Below, piece after piece: positions 9,690 to 19,961 of a stretch of 64,000 nucleotides of DNA (position 1 is its first letter; each line of letters opens with the position of its first letter). Source of the stretch: Candidatus Kaiserbacteria bacterium. Its GTDB lineage: Bacteria > Patescibacteriota > Minisyncoccia > Phycocordibacterales > Phycocordibacteraceae. Made by a program: the position numbers and the translations under genes. The stretch is from positions 1,218-65,217 of the forward strand of contig JAPLWI010000013.1 in NCBI GenBank assembly GCA_026396675.1. The letters run 5' to 3'. The notes beneath the pieces are model-generated. The model saw only the letters and a list, made by a program, of their open reading frames with translations, was not told the DNA's origin and did no database searches.

Positions 9690-10850
9690 TCAAGGCAAAA
9701 ATTGACGCATAAATTTCCCTAAATGCGCACCGATACTCTTCTTCGGAGCGTTTGTGTCGCCAGTTAGACCCCAGAGCGCGAGACCATATGCAACTGCCCA
9801 TGTCGCATCACGAATTTTTGTATCCGAAGAAATGCGAAATTCAGCAAGCCGTGCAGGAAGTTTTAACGAACCCTTCGCAATGTCGCTTATACTTCCAATG
9901 CCAGCACCACCACCAGAAATGATAATACCAGCCGGTAAAGGACCACGACGACCGAGTGATTTTAAATGCTTATCAATAAGCGCGAACATTGCTACAAGAC
10001 GACTTCCGATAAGATCATCGACTTTTTTACGTGGATACATTTGTCCTGAGAGCCGACCAATTTTTACACGTTCCGCTTCTTCAAGCGAGATACGAAGTCC
10101 CAAAGCGATGTCGTCTGTAATATGACTTGAGCCCATCGGGAATACCTTTACGGATACTGGAATGCCCTCATCGTAGACAACGATAGAAATTGTCTCAGCA
10201 CCGATATTAGCTAGCACACAACCCTTCATTTTCTGGTCGCCTTCGAGGAGTACGTATGAGCCAGCGAGTGGGGAAGCCATTTGGTCGATGATTTCAATAT
10301 CTGCATCTTCGACTGCTTTCGCGAGAGCGTCTTCATGTTGCGCTAGGCAAGTTACGAAAAGATAATCAACTTCAAGCCGAACGCCTTTCATGCCGAATGG
10401 ATCACCAAGCACTTTTGCGCCATCAATACGATATTCAAGTGGGATGCTGTGCAGAACGTGTCGATTAAGAAACCCTGGTGCCGCCACTTCGCGAGCCGCC
10501 TTTCCTGCCTTCTCAAGGTCGAGAGATGTTATTTCTTGGTCGGCTCGCGAGATAATCGCCGAGCCAGTTGCGCGCGATTCGTCGAGCGAAATTCCACCAA
10601 CTGCAAGGAATCCAGAACGAATCGGAATGCGCGCCGACGCCTCTGCTTGTCTCTTTGCTTTCACGATGCAAGCAGAAACCTCTTCTTTATTTACGATGTA
10701 ACCGTGCCGTAGGCCTTTTGATTCGGCGAGGCCAGTACCAAGAATCCGCAATTGACGCAGACCACTGCGTTTGTCCGAGATTTCTTCGACGGTGACTATC
10801 TTTATCTGATAGGTACCGATATCAATGCCGGTCGCTACGCGTCGTGACAT
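9690..10850 (-). CDS. ftsA: cell division protein FtsA
   Basis: GIDIGT, SKGLRHG.I, NIGAET, ITDDIA..L; near ftsZ. Confidence 0.95.
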   Translation of the reverse strand: MSRRVATGIDIGTYQIKIVTVEEISDKRSGLRQLRILGTGLAESKGLRHGYIVNKEEVSACIVKAKRQAEASARIPIRSGFLAVGGISLDESRATGSAIISRADQEITSLDLEKAGKAAREVAAPGFLNRHVLHSIPLEYRIDGAKVLGDPFGMKGVRLEVDYLFVTCLAQHEDALAKAVEDADIEIIDQMASPLAGSYVLLEGDQKMKGCVLANIGAETISIVVYDEGIPVSVKVFPMGSSHITDDIALGLRISLEEAERVKIGRLSGQMYPRKKVDDLIGSRLVAMFALIDKHLKSLGRRGPLPAGIIISGGGAGIGSISDIAKGSLKLPARLAEFRISSDTKIRDATWAVAYGLALWGLTGDTNAPKKSIGAHLGKFMRQFLP

Positions 10851-11220
10851 ATGTCGCTAGGAGCTTTCGTTCGCATCTCTCCATCGTAGCACCATGCGCC
10901 CATCCTTTTATATGCAGCGCACCGTGGATAAACAGGAGCAGTATGTAGTCGGTAGTCGATAGTCGGTAACTTGAAGCTTGCCGCACTGCGGCAGTCGGGC
11001 AGATGAAAATCTCACCACTTTTCTTGCCAACGATATATGAAAGGACTTGTGGCGTGTAGTCCTTGTTTCGTAATTGTTTATTCAATTCGCGCGCTTTCGC
11101 TTGACTGATGAAAACAAGAGAGATGTCCCAATCAGGTAATACTTCATTTGCAATCGCAGAAAATACGGCACGCGATCCTACAGAAGCCCGCGTAAGATTT
11201 CTAATGGCAACGCCAGCCAC
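10822..11220 (-). CDS. ybeY: rRNA maturation endoribonuclease YbeY
   Basis: LN...R.KDY, GEIFI, IHGALHIKGWAH; GTG start approximate. Confidence 0.9.
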   Translation of the reverse strand: MAGVAIRNLTRASVGSRAVFSAIANEVLPDWDISLVFISQAKARELNKQLRNKDYTPQVLSYIVGKKSGEIFICPTAAVRQASSYRLSTTDYILLLFIHGALHIKGWAHGATMERCERKLLATYVTTRSDRH

Positions 11221-11224
11221 TCGT

Positions 11225-11500
11225 TTAATGTTTCTTACCTTTGCCACGTGCATTCTTCCTTGCGGCCGGATCTATTTTGCCGAGTTTGACGAGTTCGTTG
11301 TAATTCTCGCGGCGGACCTTATTGATAAGGGCGCGTTTATGACCGACATTCTTTGACTTAGTACGATGCCAATAGCGGCGATCGCGCATCTCGCGCACGA
11401 GACCGAGCCCCTGCGTGCGGCGGGTAAAGCGGCGAATAAGCGCGGTTGAACTCTCGTTCTTTCCGCGTAGGACTTCAACTCGTGTTCCAACAGCTGCCAT
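11225..11500 (-). CDS. rpsU: 30S ribosomal protein S21-like
   Basis: basic; V...NES...LIRRF....G...E.R.RRY pattern. Confidence 0.75.
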   Translation of the reverse strand: MAAVGTRVEVLRGKNESSTALIRRFTRRTQGLGLVREMRDRRYWHRTKSKNVGHKRALINKVRRENYNELVKLGKIDPAARKNARGKGKKH

Positions 11501-11536
11501 GATGAAAGGACTCTAGCATATCGAGGCTATTATTGT

Positions 11537-12682
11537 CTATGCGAATGATTTCAGGCGCTCGATGATGCCGACGAGGGGTAGGACGGTTTCTTCTTGCGTG
11601 GCGCGATTGCGGAGAATGGCGGAATTCTCGAGCGCCTCTTTACGCCCCATAATTAGAAGATAAGGACTGTTCTGTCGTTCGGCAAGGTAAAGCTGTTCAG
11701 TGAGCGATTCAATGCCTATATGTTGTGTGAGTGGAACATGTGCCTTTCGGAATTCTTCAGCGAGGCGAATTGAAAGCCGTTTCGCTTCATCGCCGATATG
11801 TACGAAAGAGAACCGAAGTCGCGGAACGGATATTTTTTTAATTATTTTTCCTTCGCTCGCTATCTGAAACACCGCACCAATTGCTGGGAATGATGCCGAA
11901 GGGAAGAAATGGCGCGTAAGATCGGTATAGCGCGAACCCCAAGCAACGCGACGACCGCCAACATTAATCTCGAAACAAATATCGCTCCAGATATTGCCGC
12001 GACTGATAAGATGGCGCGCGAGCTCGTATGGAGTTTCTGTCATCTCCAGATACTCGAGAAGATCTTCAAAGCGTTTTCTACTCGCATCCGATAGATGTTC
12101 AGTTGGAGAAGGTAAGTCGTTTGTATATCCAAGTGCAATAGCGCTTTCGGCGGCTCGAAACACATCGTCTTTTGCAAGAATAGCGCATTCTTCTGGAAGT
12201 ACAGTCGCGCGCTTTTTGAAAAAGATGCCGAGCTCGCGCGCGTAGCGCGCGCGGGTCTCTTTATCACCCATTGAATTAATGCGCACGGACGGTTCTTCGT
12301 GGAAAAGATCGCGAGAGAGCGCAGTCAGTGCTCGTATGACAACTGCGTCTGCAATCGCACGATCAGTTCCGAGCGCGTGGAATTGCAGAATCGCTTTTTT
12401 CTGTGCCGGACGACCTGGAGTAACATTCGTATGCCAAATAAAAAGCGGCCGGCGCGTAGATGGTAAGCACTCGATGTTCTGACATTGTTTTAAAAAGCTT
12501 ATGACCGTCTCAGCGACAGGATCTTCTTCTGGATTTGGAAACGTACTTTGAGTATTGGTCTTTGCATGCGCCGCTCCGCGCTTCTTAGCGGTAAATAGTG
12601 AGAGCGGAGTAAATCCATAGTACTGACCAATCGCATGTGCTTTGTGAAGAAATTCTTCTCCCGGAATACAATCACGCATCAT
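11537..12682 (-). CDS. divergent HisRS-like protein with C-terminal anticodon-binding domain
   Basis: INSMGD...R..Y, GSRY, C-terminal A......LIMG.KE; catalytic motifs look eroded. Confidence 0.7.
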   Translation of the reverse strand: MMRDCIPGEEFLHKAHAIGQYYGFTPLSLFTAKKRGAAHAKTNTQSTFPNPEEDPVAETVISFLKQCQNIECLPSTRRPLFIWHTNVTPGRPAQKKAILQFHALGTDRAIADAVVIRALTALSRDLFHEEPSVRINSMGDKETRARYARELGIFFKKRATVLPEECAILAKDDVFRAAESAIALGYTNDLPSPTEHLSDASRKRFEDLLEYLEMTETPYELARHLISRGNIWSDICFEINVGGRRVAWGSRYTDLTRHFFPSASFPAIGAVFQIASEGKIIKKISVPRLRFSFVHIGDEAKRLSIRLAEEFRKAHVPLTQHIGIESLTEQLYLAERQNSPYLLIMGRKEALENSAILRNRATQEETVLPLVGIIERLKSFA

Positions 12683-13275
12683 AGTGTTTTAGATTGTGTC
12701 GATGAAGAAATAAGAAGCGGATATGTCGTCGCACCTGGGAAGAAACCGCTTTTCTTTATAGGAAGGAGCCGCAGATCAACGCGACCGACGATATTCTTTC
12801 TCGGTAATGGCCCCCAAACGCGACTATCAGAACTGTTGGGGCGGTTATCACCCATAACGAAGTATCCTTCTGAATTAAGAGAGACATCTTTTGTATAAGT
12901 TGCATCTTCACTCACCATGTACGGTTCCTCGAGAGTTATATTTTGTCCATCAACGGTAGTAATGGTAACAACTCCACGATTGATGGAGACCGTTTCACCG
13001 GGAAGACCGATAATTCGCTTGATAAAGAAAAGAGAAGGATTGTCAGGGTAGCGGAAGACAATAACATCACCTCGTGCAGGCGTCTTGAAATAATAAAGAA
13101 GCTCATCAACGATGAGATAATTGAGATTTTCGAACGTCGGATGCATCGATTCGCCATCAACAATAAACGGCGAAATCACGAACATACGAATCGGAATGAC
13201 CACGACAACAATAAGTAACGCGAGCGTGAAAAGATCCTTCAATAAACCCTTCCAAGTATCTTTCATCTCGTGCAT
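12679..13275 (-). CDS. lepB: signal peptidase I
   Basis: GESMHPT, RGDVIVF, IKRIIGLPG, GDNR.NS.DSR. Confidence 0.95.
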   Translation of the reverse strand: MHEMKDTWKGLLKDLFTLALLIVVVVIPIRMFVISPFIVDGESMHPTFENLNYLIVDELLYYFKTPARGDVIVFRYPDNPSLFFIKRIIGLPGETVSINRGVVTITTVDGQNITLEEPYMVSEDATYTKDVSLNSEGYFVMGDNRPNSSDSRVWGPLPRKNIVGRVDLRLLPIKKSGFFPGATTYPLLISSSTQSKTL

Positions 13276-13322
13276 TGTACTCGCGCGTTCGCACTGTGCA
13301 AGTTTTCTGCTACCATAAGCAC

Positions 13323-13919
13323 ATGGCACTCGTTATTGTTGGTCTCGGGAATCCGGGGAAGGAGTACGAAAAAACGCGGCACAATGCCGGCAGAAATGCC
13401 GTGATGGTTGTTGCTAAGAATGAAGGATTTGATGAGTTTGTTTTCAATGCAAAAAGTAAAGCGCTCATTACAAAAGGCAACATCGGCAAAGAGAGCGCAG
13501 TTCTCGTCCTGCCAGAAACGATGATGAACAATTCCGGCAAAGCTGTCAGCGCGTTCGTAAAATCACCAAAAGCGGCAAAAAATCTTCTCATTATTCACGA
13601 CGACATCGACCTGCCACTTGGGACGATAAAAATGGTATTTGGCCGCGGAAGCGGTGGGCACAAAGGCGTTGAGAGCATTATGCGCGCTATTAAAACAGAA
13701 AAATTTGCACGCATTCGCATCGGTGTTTCTGCTGTTGGTAAAAAGAATCAAGCGAAAAAGGTTTCTGGAGAAGAAAAAGTCATTAAGTATGTAATAGGGA
13801 AGTGGAAGCCCAGTGAAGAAACTGCCTTCAAGAAGGTTTTGAAAAAAGTCGCCGAATCCGCGCGCCTTTACGCAACCGAAGGCATCGCTCCTGCCACCCA
13901 ATTCGCCAATACTCGTTAG
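13323..13919 (+). CDS. pth: peptidyl-tRNA hydrolase
   Basis: GLGNPG..Y..TRHN, HDD, GGHKG. Confidence 0.95.
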   Translation: MALVIVGLGNPGKEYEKTRHNAGRNAVMVVAKNEGFDEFVFNAKSKALITKGNIGKESAVLVLPETMMNNSGKAVSAFVKSPKAAKNLLIIHDDIDLPLGTIKMVFGRGSGGHKGVESIMRAIKTEKFARIRIGVSAVGKKNQAKKVSGEEKVIKYVIGKWKPSEETAFKKVLKKVAESARLYATEGIAPATQFANTR

Positions 13920-13978
13920 AAATAAAAACACTTCCATATATGGAAGTGTTTTTACTACTGACTTACGATGTCCAGAAT

Positions 13979-15052
13979 TTATTTCTTCTTTCCAGCGTAG
14001 GTGAGTGTCATTCGCTGTTCCTTCGGCTCAAAGAGGGAAATGGTGAAAGGATAGGTTTTGCCGAGTTCCAATGTCTCGCGGAGCGCAGCCGGTGACTCAA
14101 ATTCGCTTACATGCACGAGTCCGGCAACGCCTTCTTCTATCGAGGCAAGCGCGCCATGCTTGTTGTATTTAATAACAACTCCCGGCACCTCCATTCCTTT
14201 CTTGTACCGTTCGACAGCCGCGTGCCAAGGGTTTTCCTTTAATGCCTTAATTGAAAGAGAAATCTTACCCTCTTTTATTTCAATAATTTTTACCTTAACT
14301 CGATCGCCGACAGTGAAGAGCGTGTGAGGATCTTCAACAAGACCCCAATCAAGTTCGCTGATGTGTGCAAGGCCTTCGAGTCCTTGTTCAAGCTTCACGA
14401 ATACACCGAAGTCAACGATGCCAGTTACCTCGCCTTCTGCAGTATCGCCAACTTGGTATTTATCAATAAGAGATGCCTTTTCTTCCGCTTCATTTCCAGT
14501 GCGTTCTGAGAAAATAAGTTTTCCTTCTTTCGCATCAGCGGTGATGATATGCACCGACAGGGGATGACCGACAAAGGCCATCAGTTCACTGAGAATCTTA
14601 TCTTTATCTCCTTCCGGTACGCGCGGATAATGTTCTTTTGAAAGTTGTGACGCTGGAAGAAATCCAGGAATGCCCTGCCACGAGAGAATAAGCCCACCTT
14701 TATTCGCTTCTTCTACTGTGAGAGTGTATGGCGTTTCCGCAATGATGGCGGTCTCTGCTTCGCCCCAAATTGCTGCTTGGCGCGCTTCCTTCAGCGACAG
14801 TTCGATATAACCATCACGACCTGCTGGATCAATAACTTTTGCACTGATGATGTCGCCAGGATTCGCTTTTCGCAGAACATCGGCGGCATTCAGATATTCA
14901 CGACCATAGATAACGCCGGTGCCGAATGGCGGCAGATCAACATATACGCGGCCGCGGTTAATTGCGATGATCGTACCCTCGACCAAATCGCCCGCCACAG
15001 GCGGCATCGGGATAGTATCAAGCAAAGACAGCATCACATTTTCTTCAGACAT
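13979..15052 (-). CDS. rpsA: 30S ribosomal protein S1 (four S1 domains)
   Basis: GFLPASQL, FGVFV...EGLAHISEL, SLSIK...PW. Confidence 0.93.
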   Translation of the reverse strand: MSEENVMLSLLDTIPMPPVAGDLVEGTIIAINRGRVYVDLPPFGTGVIYGREYLNAADVLRKANPGDIISAKVIDPAGRDGYIELSLKEARQAAIWGEAETAIIAETPYTLTVEEANKGGLILSWQGIPGFLPASQLSKEHYPRVPEGDKDKILSELMAFVGHPLSVHIITADAKEGKLIFSERTGNEAEEKASLIDKYQVGDTAEGEVTGIVDFGVFVKLEQGLEGLAHISELDWGLVEDPHTLFTVGDRVKVKIIEIKEGKISLSIKALKENPWHAAVERYKKGMEVPGVVIKYNKHGALASIEEGVAGLVHVSEFESPAALRETLELGKTYPFTISLFEPKEQRMTLTYAGKKK

Positions 15053-15152
15053 ATATATAAAGCTGCACAGGATTTTTTGGACCAGTACTCGAACCTTTCG
15101 GCTCGAGGGTTAGCTGACCCATACTTCTCCTGCACACAACGGGTGGACTATA
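15053..15152 (-). promoter_or_regulatory. rpsA promoter and structured 5' leader
   Basis: TGcTATAGT extended -10; leader with CTCGAGCC-GAAA-GGTTCGAG hairpin and enclosing helices. Confidence 0.6.
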
Positions 15153-15167
15153 GCACAATGCTTGGAA

Positions 15168-15327
15168 AATAAAAAGGGCCCGCCATGCGCATGGCGGGCC
15201 CTCCCTGTACGGCTGGATGCTTCGAACCGAATGTTTGTGCTACTCGCCAGGGCTCAGGTTCCGAATACCTGTCCTAGCGAGAGCCAAAAACGATTCATCT
15301 TGATCATAATCAGCCCTCCTTCCATTC
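15168..15327 (-). ncRNA. candidate long-hairpin small transcript (6S-like RNA or 17-aa sORF mRNA)
   Basis: TTGCAA-17-TATATT promoter, rod-like pairing, GC-rich terminator with T tail. Confidence 0.55.
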
Positions 15328-15361
15328 AAGAATATACCAAAAACCTTTCTGATTTGCAATA

Positions 15362-16127
15362 ACTAGTGAAGTCAGACTTCGCTAGTCATACGATTCGAGC
15401 AGGAGATGAGAATATTTATCGTCGTGATGTTGCAGGTGAAGCATTAGCATTTCGCGCGCCTCTTTCTTGAATGTTTTTCTGTCAGGATAAAGTTCCAAGA
15501 GAAATTCTTTCTCAATAATCGGAGAATCTATGCCTAATGCATATGTAGAGATACTTGAATGGGAGTAGCGGAGTGCCCACTTCCACGCTTTTTCAAAATC
15601 ATTAACCGTTTTCCCTAATCCTCCAGGATACATATCAAAAACATTTTTCACTTGAATATAAAAAGCAAGATAACGCAGATACGAATCATCATCTACGGTT
15701 TTGCTTTTGTAGGAACCTTGAAAAATACTTCCGGTCTCTGAATATTTTGCATTAAATGCCGCCGACATACTGCCACACAGCCGTTGCATAAATTTCGCAG
15801 TGCCATTTTCTCGTGTTTCTTCAAGCAGTAGATGAAAATGATTTGGCAAAAGCGTCCACGCAAGTATGTGAACCAATGGCTCTCGTTCAGGCCAGTGTTC
15901 AGGTCGTTCAAATGGCTTACAAAATTTTAGGTTCTCAATCCAATTTGGATCTGAAAACGAATCATTTAGATAGAAAAGTGATATATTGAATCGTTGTCGA
16001 TCGTACTCATCTCTCACAATATCCATGCCGCGGGTTCCTCGTTTTATTACATGAAGCACAGAACCTACACCATGTGGTTCGACGCGCATATATCCACATT
16101 CTAACACTAGCGAAGTCTGACTTCGCT
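15362..16127. mobile_element. RAYT/IS200-like Y1 transposase flanked by inverted REP-like palindromes
   Basis: ACTAGTGAAGTCAGACTTCGCTAGT at 15362-15386 and an inverted copy at 16106-16127. Confidence 0.85.
15382..16089 (-). CDS. Y1 (HUH) tyrosine transposase, RAYT-like
   Basis: HV..RG, AWTLLPNHFHLLL, FN.KY...G.IFQG.YKS. Confidence 0.9.
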   Translation of the reverse strand: MRVEPHGVGSVLHVIKRGTRGMDIVRDEYDRQRFNISLFYLNDSFSDPNWIENLKFCKPFERPEHWPEREPLVHILAWTLLPNHFHLLLEETRENGTAKFMQRLCGSMSAAFNAKYSETGSIFQGSYKSKTVDDDSYLRYLAFYIQVKNVFDMYPGGLGKTVNDFEKAWKWALRYSHSSISTYALGIDSPIIEKEFLLELYPDRKTFKKEAREMLMLHLQHHDDKYSHLLLESYD

Positions 16128-16197
16128 TATCAATAAAAAGATGAAGCGCTCGCCGAGACGAGCGCTTGCCCTTGGTGTTCTGATTTCTGTCTGCGAT

Positions 16198-16317
16198 TTA
16201 ACTTTTTCTGACTTCCTCGGACTCTCTGCCGATGGTGTCATAGTTCTTCACATTCGTGGCCCAGTTGTGAATGGGAGAACTTGCCGTTGCCTCTTCCTGA
16301 AAATAAAACCTTTTCAT
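16198..16317 (-). CDS. 39-aa small ORF MKRFYFQEEATASSPIHNWATNVKNYDTIGRESEEVRKS
   Basis: AAGGAGG SD, downstream hairpin plus T tail. Confidence 0.45.
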   Translation of the reverse strand: MKRFYFQEEATASSPIHNWATNVKNYDTIGRESEEVRKS

Positions 16318-16503
16318 AGAAATTCCTATCCTCCTTTTAATTAGCAACAAGACACTAAAGAACGTGTCCATTTATAAGCGTACCAAAATCAATTTTATTC
16401 GCAATGAGCTGGCACGGCTTTTGTTGATAACAAGCTAGTTCTATTTTGCCTCACGATTCGCTATCATTATTGCGCGTTTTATGATAAAATAAAGACATAA
16501 TCT

Positions 16504-17056
16504 ATGGTTATTACTCACCACGGCGGACAGTGTTTTAAGGTCACTTTTGGCGATCTGACACTTGTTTTTGACCCAATAGCCAAAGGAGCGAGTATACCGC
16601 CAGTGCGTTTTGGAGCAGACATCGCGCTCGTCTCGCGCGATCATCCAGATATGAACGGCATTGAGGAAGTGTCGTACGGCGATAAAAAGCCGTTCGCCAT
16701 TACCGGTCCCGGCGAATACGAACGGCAGGGAGTTGTCATTCAAGGATTCCTTTCAGAGTCGAAATATCCTACTTCGCACAAGGCTACGCAGGACGACAAT
16801 TCCTACATAAACACGATTTATTCAGTAGAGTTAGAGGACATGACTCTTGTACACATTGGACGAACTCGCAGTATCACTTGAGCCGAAAATTATCATTCCG
16901 ATGCATTGGAGTTCGCAAGCTGACGGAGATAAATCAAAAGCGCTTGAAGCATTTCTCAAAGAAGCAGGAAATGGGAGCGAAAAAGTTGATAAATTTACGC
17001 TTAAGAAAAAAGACCTTATTGGTCGCGACGGGAGTATACTGGTCATAACGCAATAA
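16504..17056 (+). pseudogene. MBL-fold metallohydrolase split by an internal deletion/frameshift near 16860
   Basis: N-part (VFDP, DHPDMN, GPGEYE, LVHIG) and C-part (LEPKIIIPMHW) are in different frames; the middle segment is missing. Confidence 0.75.
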
Positions 17057-17066
17057 TTCGTATGAA

Positions 17067-17144
17067 TCCCGTTAGAAATCTCGTATATAATGGTCTAATA
17101 CAGACGATGGCGAAAGTCGCTGTTAACTCTAATTTCTAACGGGA
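17067..17144. mobile_element. 78-bp MITE-like element with a 4-bp TGAA duplication
   Basis: TIR TCCCGTTAGAAAT/ATTTCTAACGGGA; TGAA at 17063-17066 and 17145-17148. Confidence 0.8.
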
Positions 17145-17494
17145 TGAAAACACTTTTTGAACACATTGAATACGCTAAGGGCAAACCGCATCACATTCGC
17201 AAGCGAATCGCTTTTACTGCAGCAGCGACCGGCGCTGGGCTCGTCGCGCTCGTATGGCTTTTCGGTTCTCTTTCGTCAGGCGTTTTTGCTCTAAAAGGAA
17301 ATTCTTTTGCCGAGAATGCAAGTGGTGTAAACGAGTCCGGGTCTATAGTCGACACAAATTCTAATTCGGAAGGTATCGCTGGTGTCGCCGCGGTCCTTTC
17401 GTCTGACCAGACACCGGCTCATATTGAAATTGTTGACACATCAATTTTGACCTCCTCGGGTAAGCAGGCCGAAGAGAAAATAATTCCGTTTTAA
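17144..17494 (+). CDS. single-TM hypothetical protein
   Basis: KP.H.RKRIA N-terminus and one TM helix; abuts gyrA. Confidence 0.75.
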   Translation: MKTLFEHIEYAKGKPHHIRKRIAFTAAATGAGLVALVWLFGSLSSGVFALKGNSFAENASGVNESGSIVDTNSNSEGIAGVAAVLSSDQTPAHIEIVDTSILTSSGKQAEEKIIPF

Positions 17495-17495
17495 A

Positions 17496-19961
17496 ATGTC
17501 CCCGAAAGATAAAAGTCACGAGGTGCCTGCTGTAATGGTGAATGTCATCAATCAGCCGATTGTTGCCGAGATGCGGACCTCGTATCTCGATTATGCGATG
17601 TCGGTCATTACATCTCGTGCTCTACCGGATGTGCGTGACGGATTGAAACCAGTGCATCGCCGCATTCTCTATGCAATGAAGGATATGGGCCTTATGCCTG
17701 GCGGAAAGTTCCGGAAGAGCGCGACCGTGGTCGGCGAAGTACTTGGTAAATATCACCCGCATGGCGACGTTGCGGTCTACGACTCCATGGCGAAGATGGC
17801 ACAGGAATTCTCCTATCGCTATCCGCTCGTACTCGGACAGGGCAACTTCGGTTCAATTGACGGCGATTCGCCGGCGGCGATGCGCTATACCGAAGCGAAA
17901 ATGTCGCGCATCGGAGAAGCATTGCTCGCAGACCTCGAGAAAGAGACCGTTGCATGGAATCCGAACTACGATGCGACACGTAACGAGCCAAATGTGCTCC
18001 CTTCGGCTTTGCCGAATTTGCTTTTGAACGGCACACTCGGAATCGCGGTCGGTATGGCGACCAATATTCCACCGCACAATCTCCGAGAGGTTGTCGCTGC
18101 GGCAATTTATTTTATTGAAAATCCAGATGCAACGACTGACGATCTTCTACAATTCGTGAAAGGTCCAGATTTTCCACTCGGCGGTGTCGCTTTTAATCAG
18201 ATGGACATCAAACACGCATACAGTTCTGGGAAAGGACCGGTAGTGGTGCGCGGCGAAGCAGAAATAGTTGATGATGGGAAGAAAGATACTTCTATCATTA
18301 TTTCTTCAATTCCGTATCGCGTGAATAAAAGCGAACTTATCTCGCGAATTGCCGATTTAGTGCAGGAGAAAAAACTCGAAGGCATTCGCGATCTACGCGA
18401 TGAATCAACATCAGACATCCGTATTGTTGTTGAGCTAAAGGGCACAGCGCATCCACAGGCGGTCTTGAACGCGTTATACAAGCACACCGAACTAGAAAGC
18501 ACTTTCCACTACAACATGCTCGCGCTCGTCGACGGCGTGCCAGAAATGCTTTCTCTCTCCGGAATGATTGAGCACTTCGTACAGCATCGGCAGGAAGTTA
18601 TAAAGCGACGTACCGAATTCGATTTGCGTAAGGCAGAAGAGCGAGAACATATTCTCTTTGGACTTTGTAAAGCGCTTGATCATATTGACGAAGTCATCGC
18701 GACTATTAAAAAAGCAGCGGATATTCCTGCAGCATCGCTCGCTCTCCAGAAAAAGTTCGGTTTTTCCGAGCGACAGGCCGCTGCAATTCTCGAAATGCGT
18801 CTCTCTAAGCTCGCCGGTCTCGAGCGTAAAAAACTTGAAGACGAACTAGCCGAAGTGCAGACGCTCATAAAAAAATTGAAAGAAATTCTTTCTTCGTCAA
18901 AAAAGATTCTCGCGGTGGTAAAAACAGAACTTGAAGAGCTCTCAGAAAAATATGGAGATGATCGTCGCACGAAAATAATCAAAGGCGGCGTACAAAATAT
19001 TTCAGCCGAAGATCTCGTGCCGGATGAAGAGTCAATGCTCGTGTTAACTCAAGGTGGTTATGTGAAACGGACAAATCCGAGCGAATATAAAAAACAGAAA
19101 CGCGGCGGTGTCGGTGTCGTAGATATCGCGACGAAAGAAGAAGATATCGTGACGCATTTCCTCGTCGCAAATGCGCACAGTGATCTTTTATTCTTTACCG
19201 ATTTCGGCAAGGTCTATCAGCTCAAGATGTACGAGATCCCAGAAGGAAAACGCGCGACAAAAGGGAAAAGCATTATGAATTTCCTCGCGCTCGCCGGCGA
19301 TGAGAAAGTAACTTCCATTCTGCCGGTGCCGAAGGGTGCGGCACTTGATGCGTCATCTGTCGTATTCGTGACCGAAGAGGGCGTTGTAAAGCGCGTAGCT
19401 GCGAAGTCGTTCTCGGATGTACGTCGCTCTGGAATTATCGCGATTAATTTGAAGAAGGGCGATCGTCTCGTTTCGGCGAATCATGCGGCAGATGGCGACA
19501 CCGTCTCTATCGTGACTGCAAAAGGGCAGAGTATTCGTTTTGAAGCCGAAGATGTTCGCGAAATGGGGCGCACGGCTGGTGGTGTGCGCGGAATGAGCGT
19601 GAAGAAAGGTGACAAAGTGGTCTCAGCCGAAGTAATTTCCGTTGCAGCCAAGGAGGCGTCACTTCTCGTGATCATGAGTAAGGGCTACGGTAAACGTACG
19701 AAGATGTCTGAATATAAAGTGCAGGGTCGAGGCGGTTCGGGAATCAAGACCGCGGCGGTAACACCGAAGACGGGCGAAATTATCGGTGCAAAAATTGTCG
19801 TAGGTGATTTGAAAGAAGAAGAACTCGTCGTCATTTCTAAAAAAGGGCAGGTGATTCGCACCTCTGTCGCTGAAATCCCTTCACTTTCTCGCGCGACGCA
19901 AGGCGTCCGCGTGATGCGCCTCTACCCGGGCGACTCTATTGCATCAATGGTCGCGTTGTGA
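17496..19961 (+). CDS. gyrA: DNA gyrase subunit A
   Basis: [29 protein letters not shown], GyrA box QKRGGVG. Confidence 0.98.
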   Translation: MSPKDKSHEVPAVMVNVINQPIVAEMRTSYLDYAMSVITSRALPDVRDGLKPVHRRILYAMKDMGLMPGGKFRKSATVVGEVLGKYHPHGDVAVYDSMAKMAQEFSYRYPLVLGQGNFGSIDGDSPAAMRYTEAKMSRIGEALLADLEKETVAWNPNYDATRNEPNVLPSALPNLLLNGTLGIAVGMATNIPPHNLREVVAAAIYFIENPDATTDDLLQFVKGPDFPLGGVAFNQMDIKHAYSSGKGPVVVRGEAEIVDDGKKDTSIIISSIPYRVNKSELISRIADLVQEKKLEGIRDLRDESTSDIRIVVELKGTAHPQAVLNALYKHTELESTFHYNMLALVDGVPEMLSLSGMIEHFVQHRQEVIKRRTEFDLRKAEEREHILFGLCKALDHIDEVIATIKKAADIPAASLALQKKFGFSERQAAAILEMRLSKLAGLERKKLEDELAEVQTLIKKLKEILSSSKKILAVVKTELEELSEKYGDDRRTKIIKGGVQNISAEDLVPDEESMLVLTQGGYVKRTNPSEYKKQKRGGVGVVDIATKEEDIVTHFLVANAHSDLLFFTDFGKVYQLKMYEIPEGKRATKGKSIMNFLALAGDEKVTSILPVPKGAALDASSVVFVTEEGVVKRVAAKSFSDVRRSGIIAINLKKGDRLVSANHAADGDTVSIVTAKGQSIRFEAEDVREMGRTAGGVRGMSVKKGDKVVSAEVISVAAKEASLLVIMSKGYGKRTKMSEYKVQGRGGSGIKTAAVTPKTGEIIGAKIVVGDLKEEELVVISKKGQVIRTSVAEIPSLSRATQGVRVMRLYPGDSIASMVAL

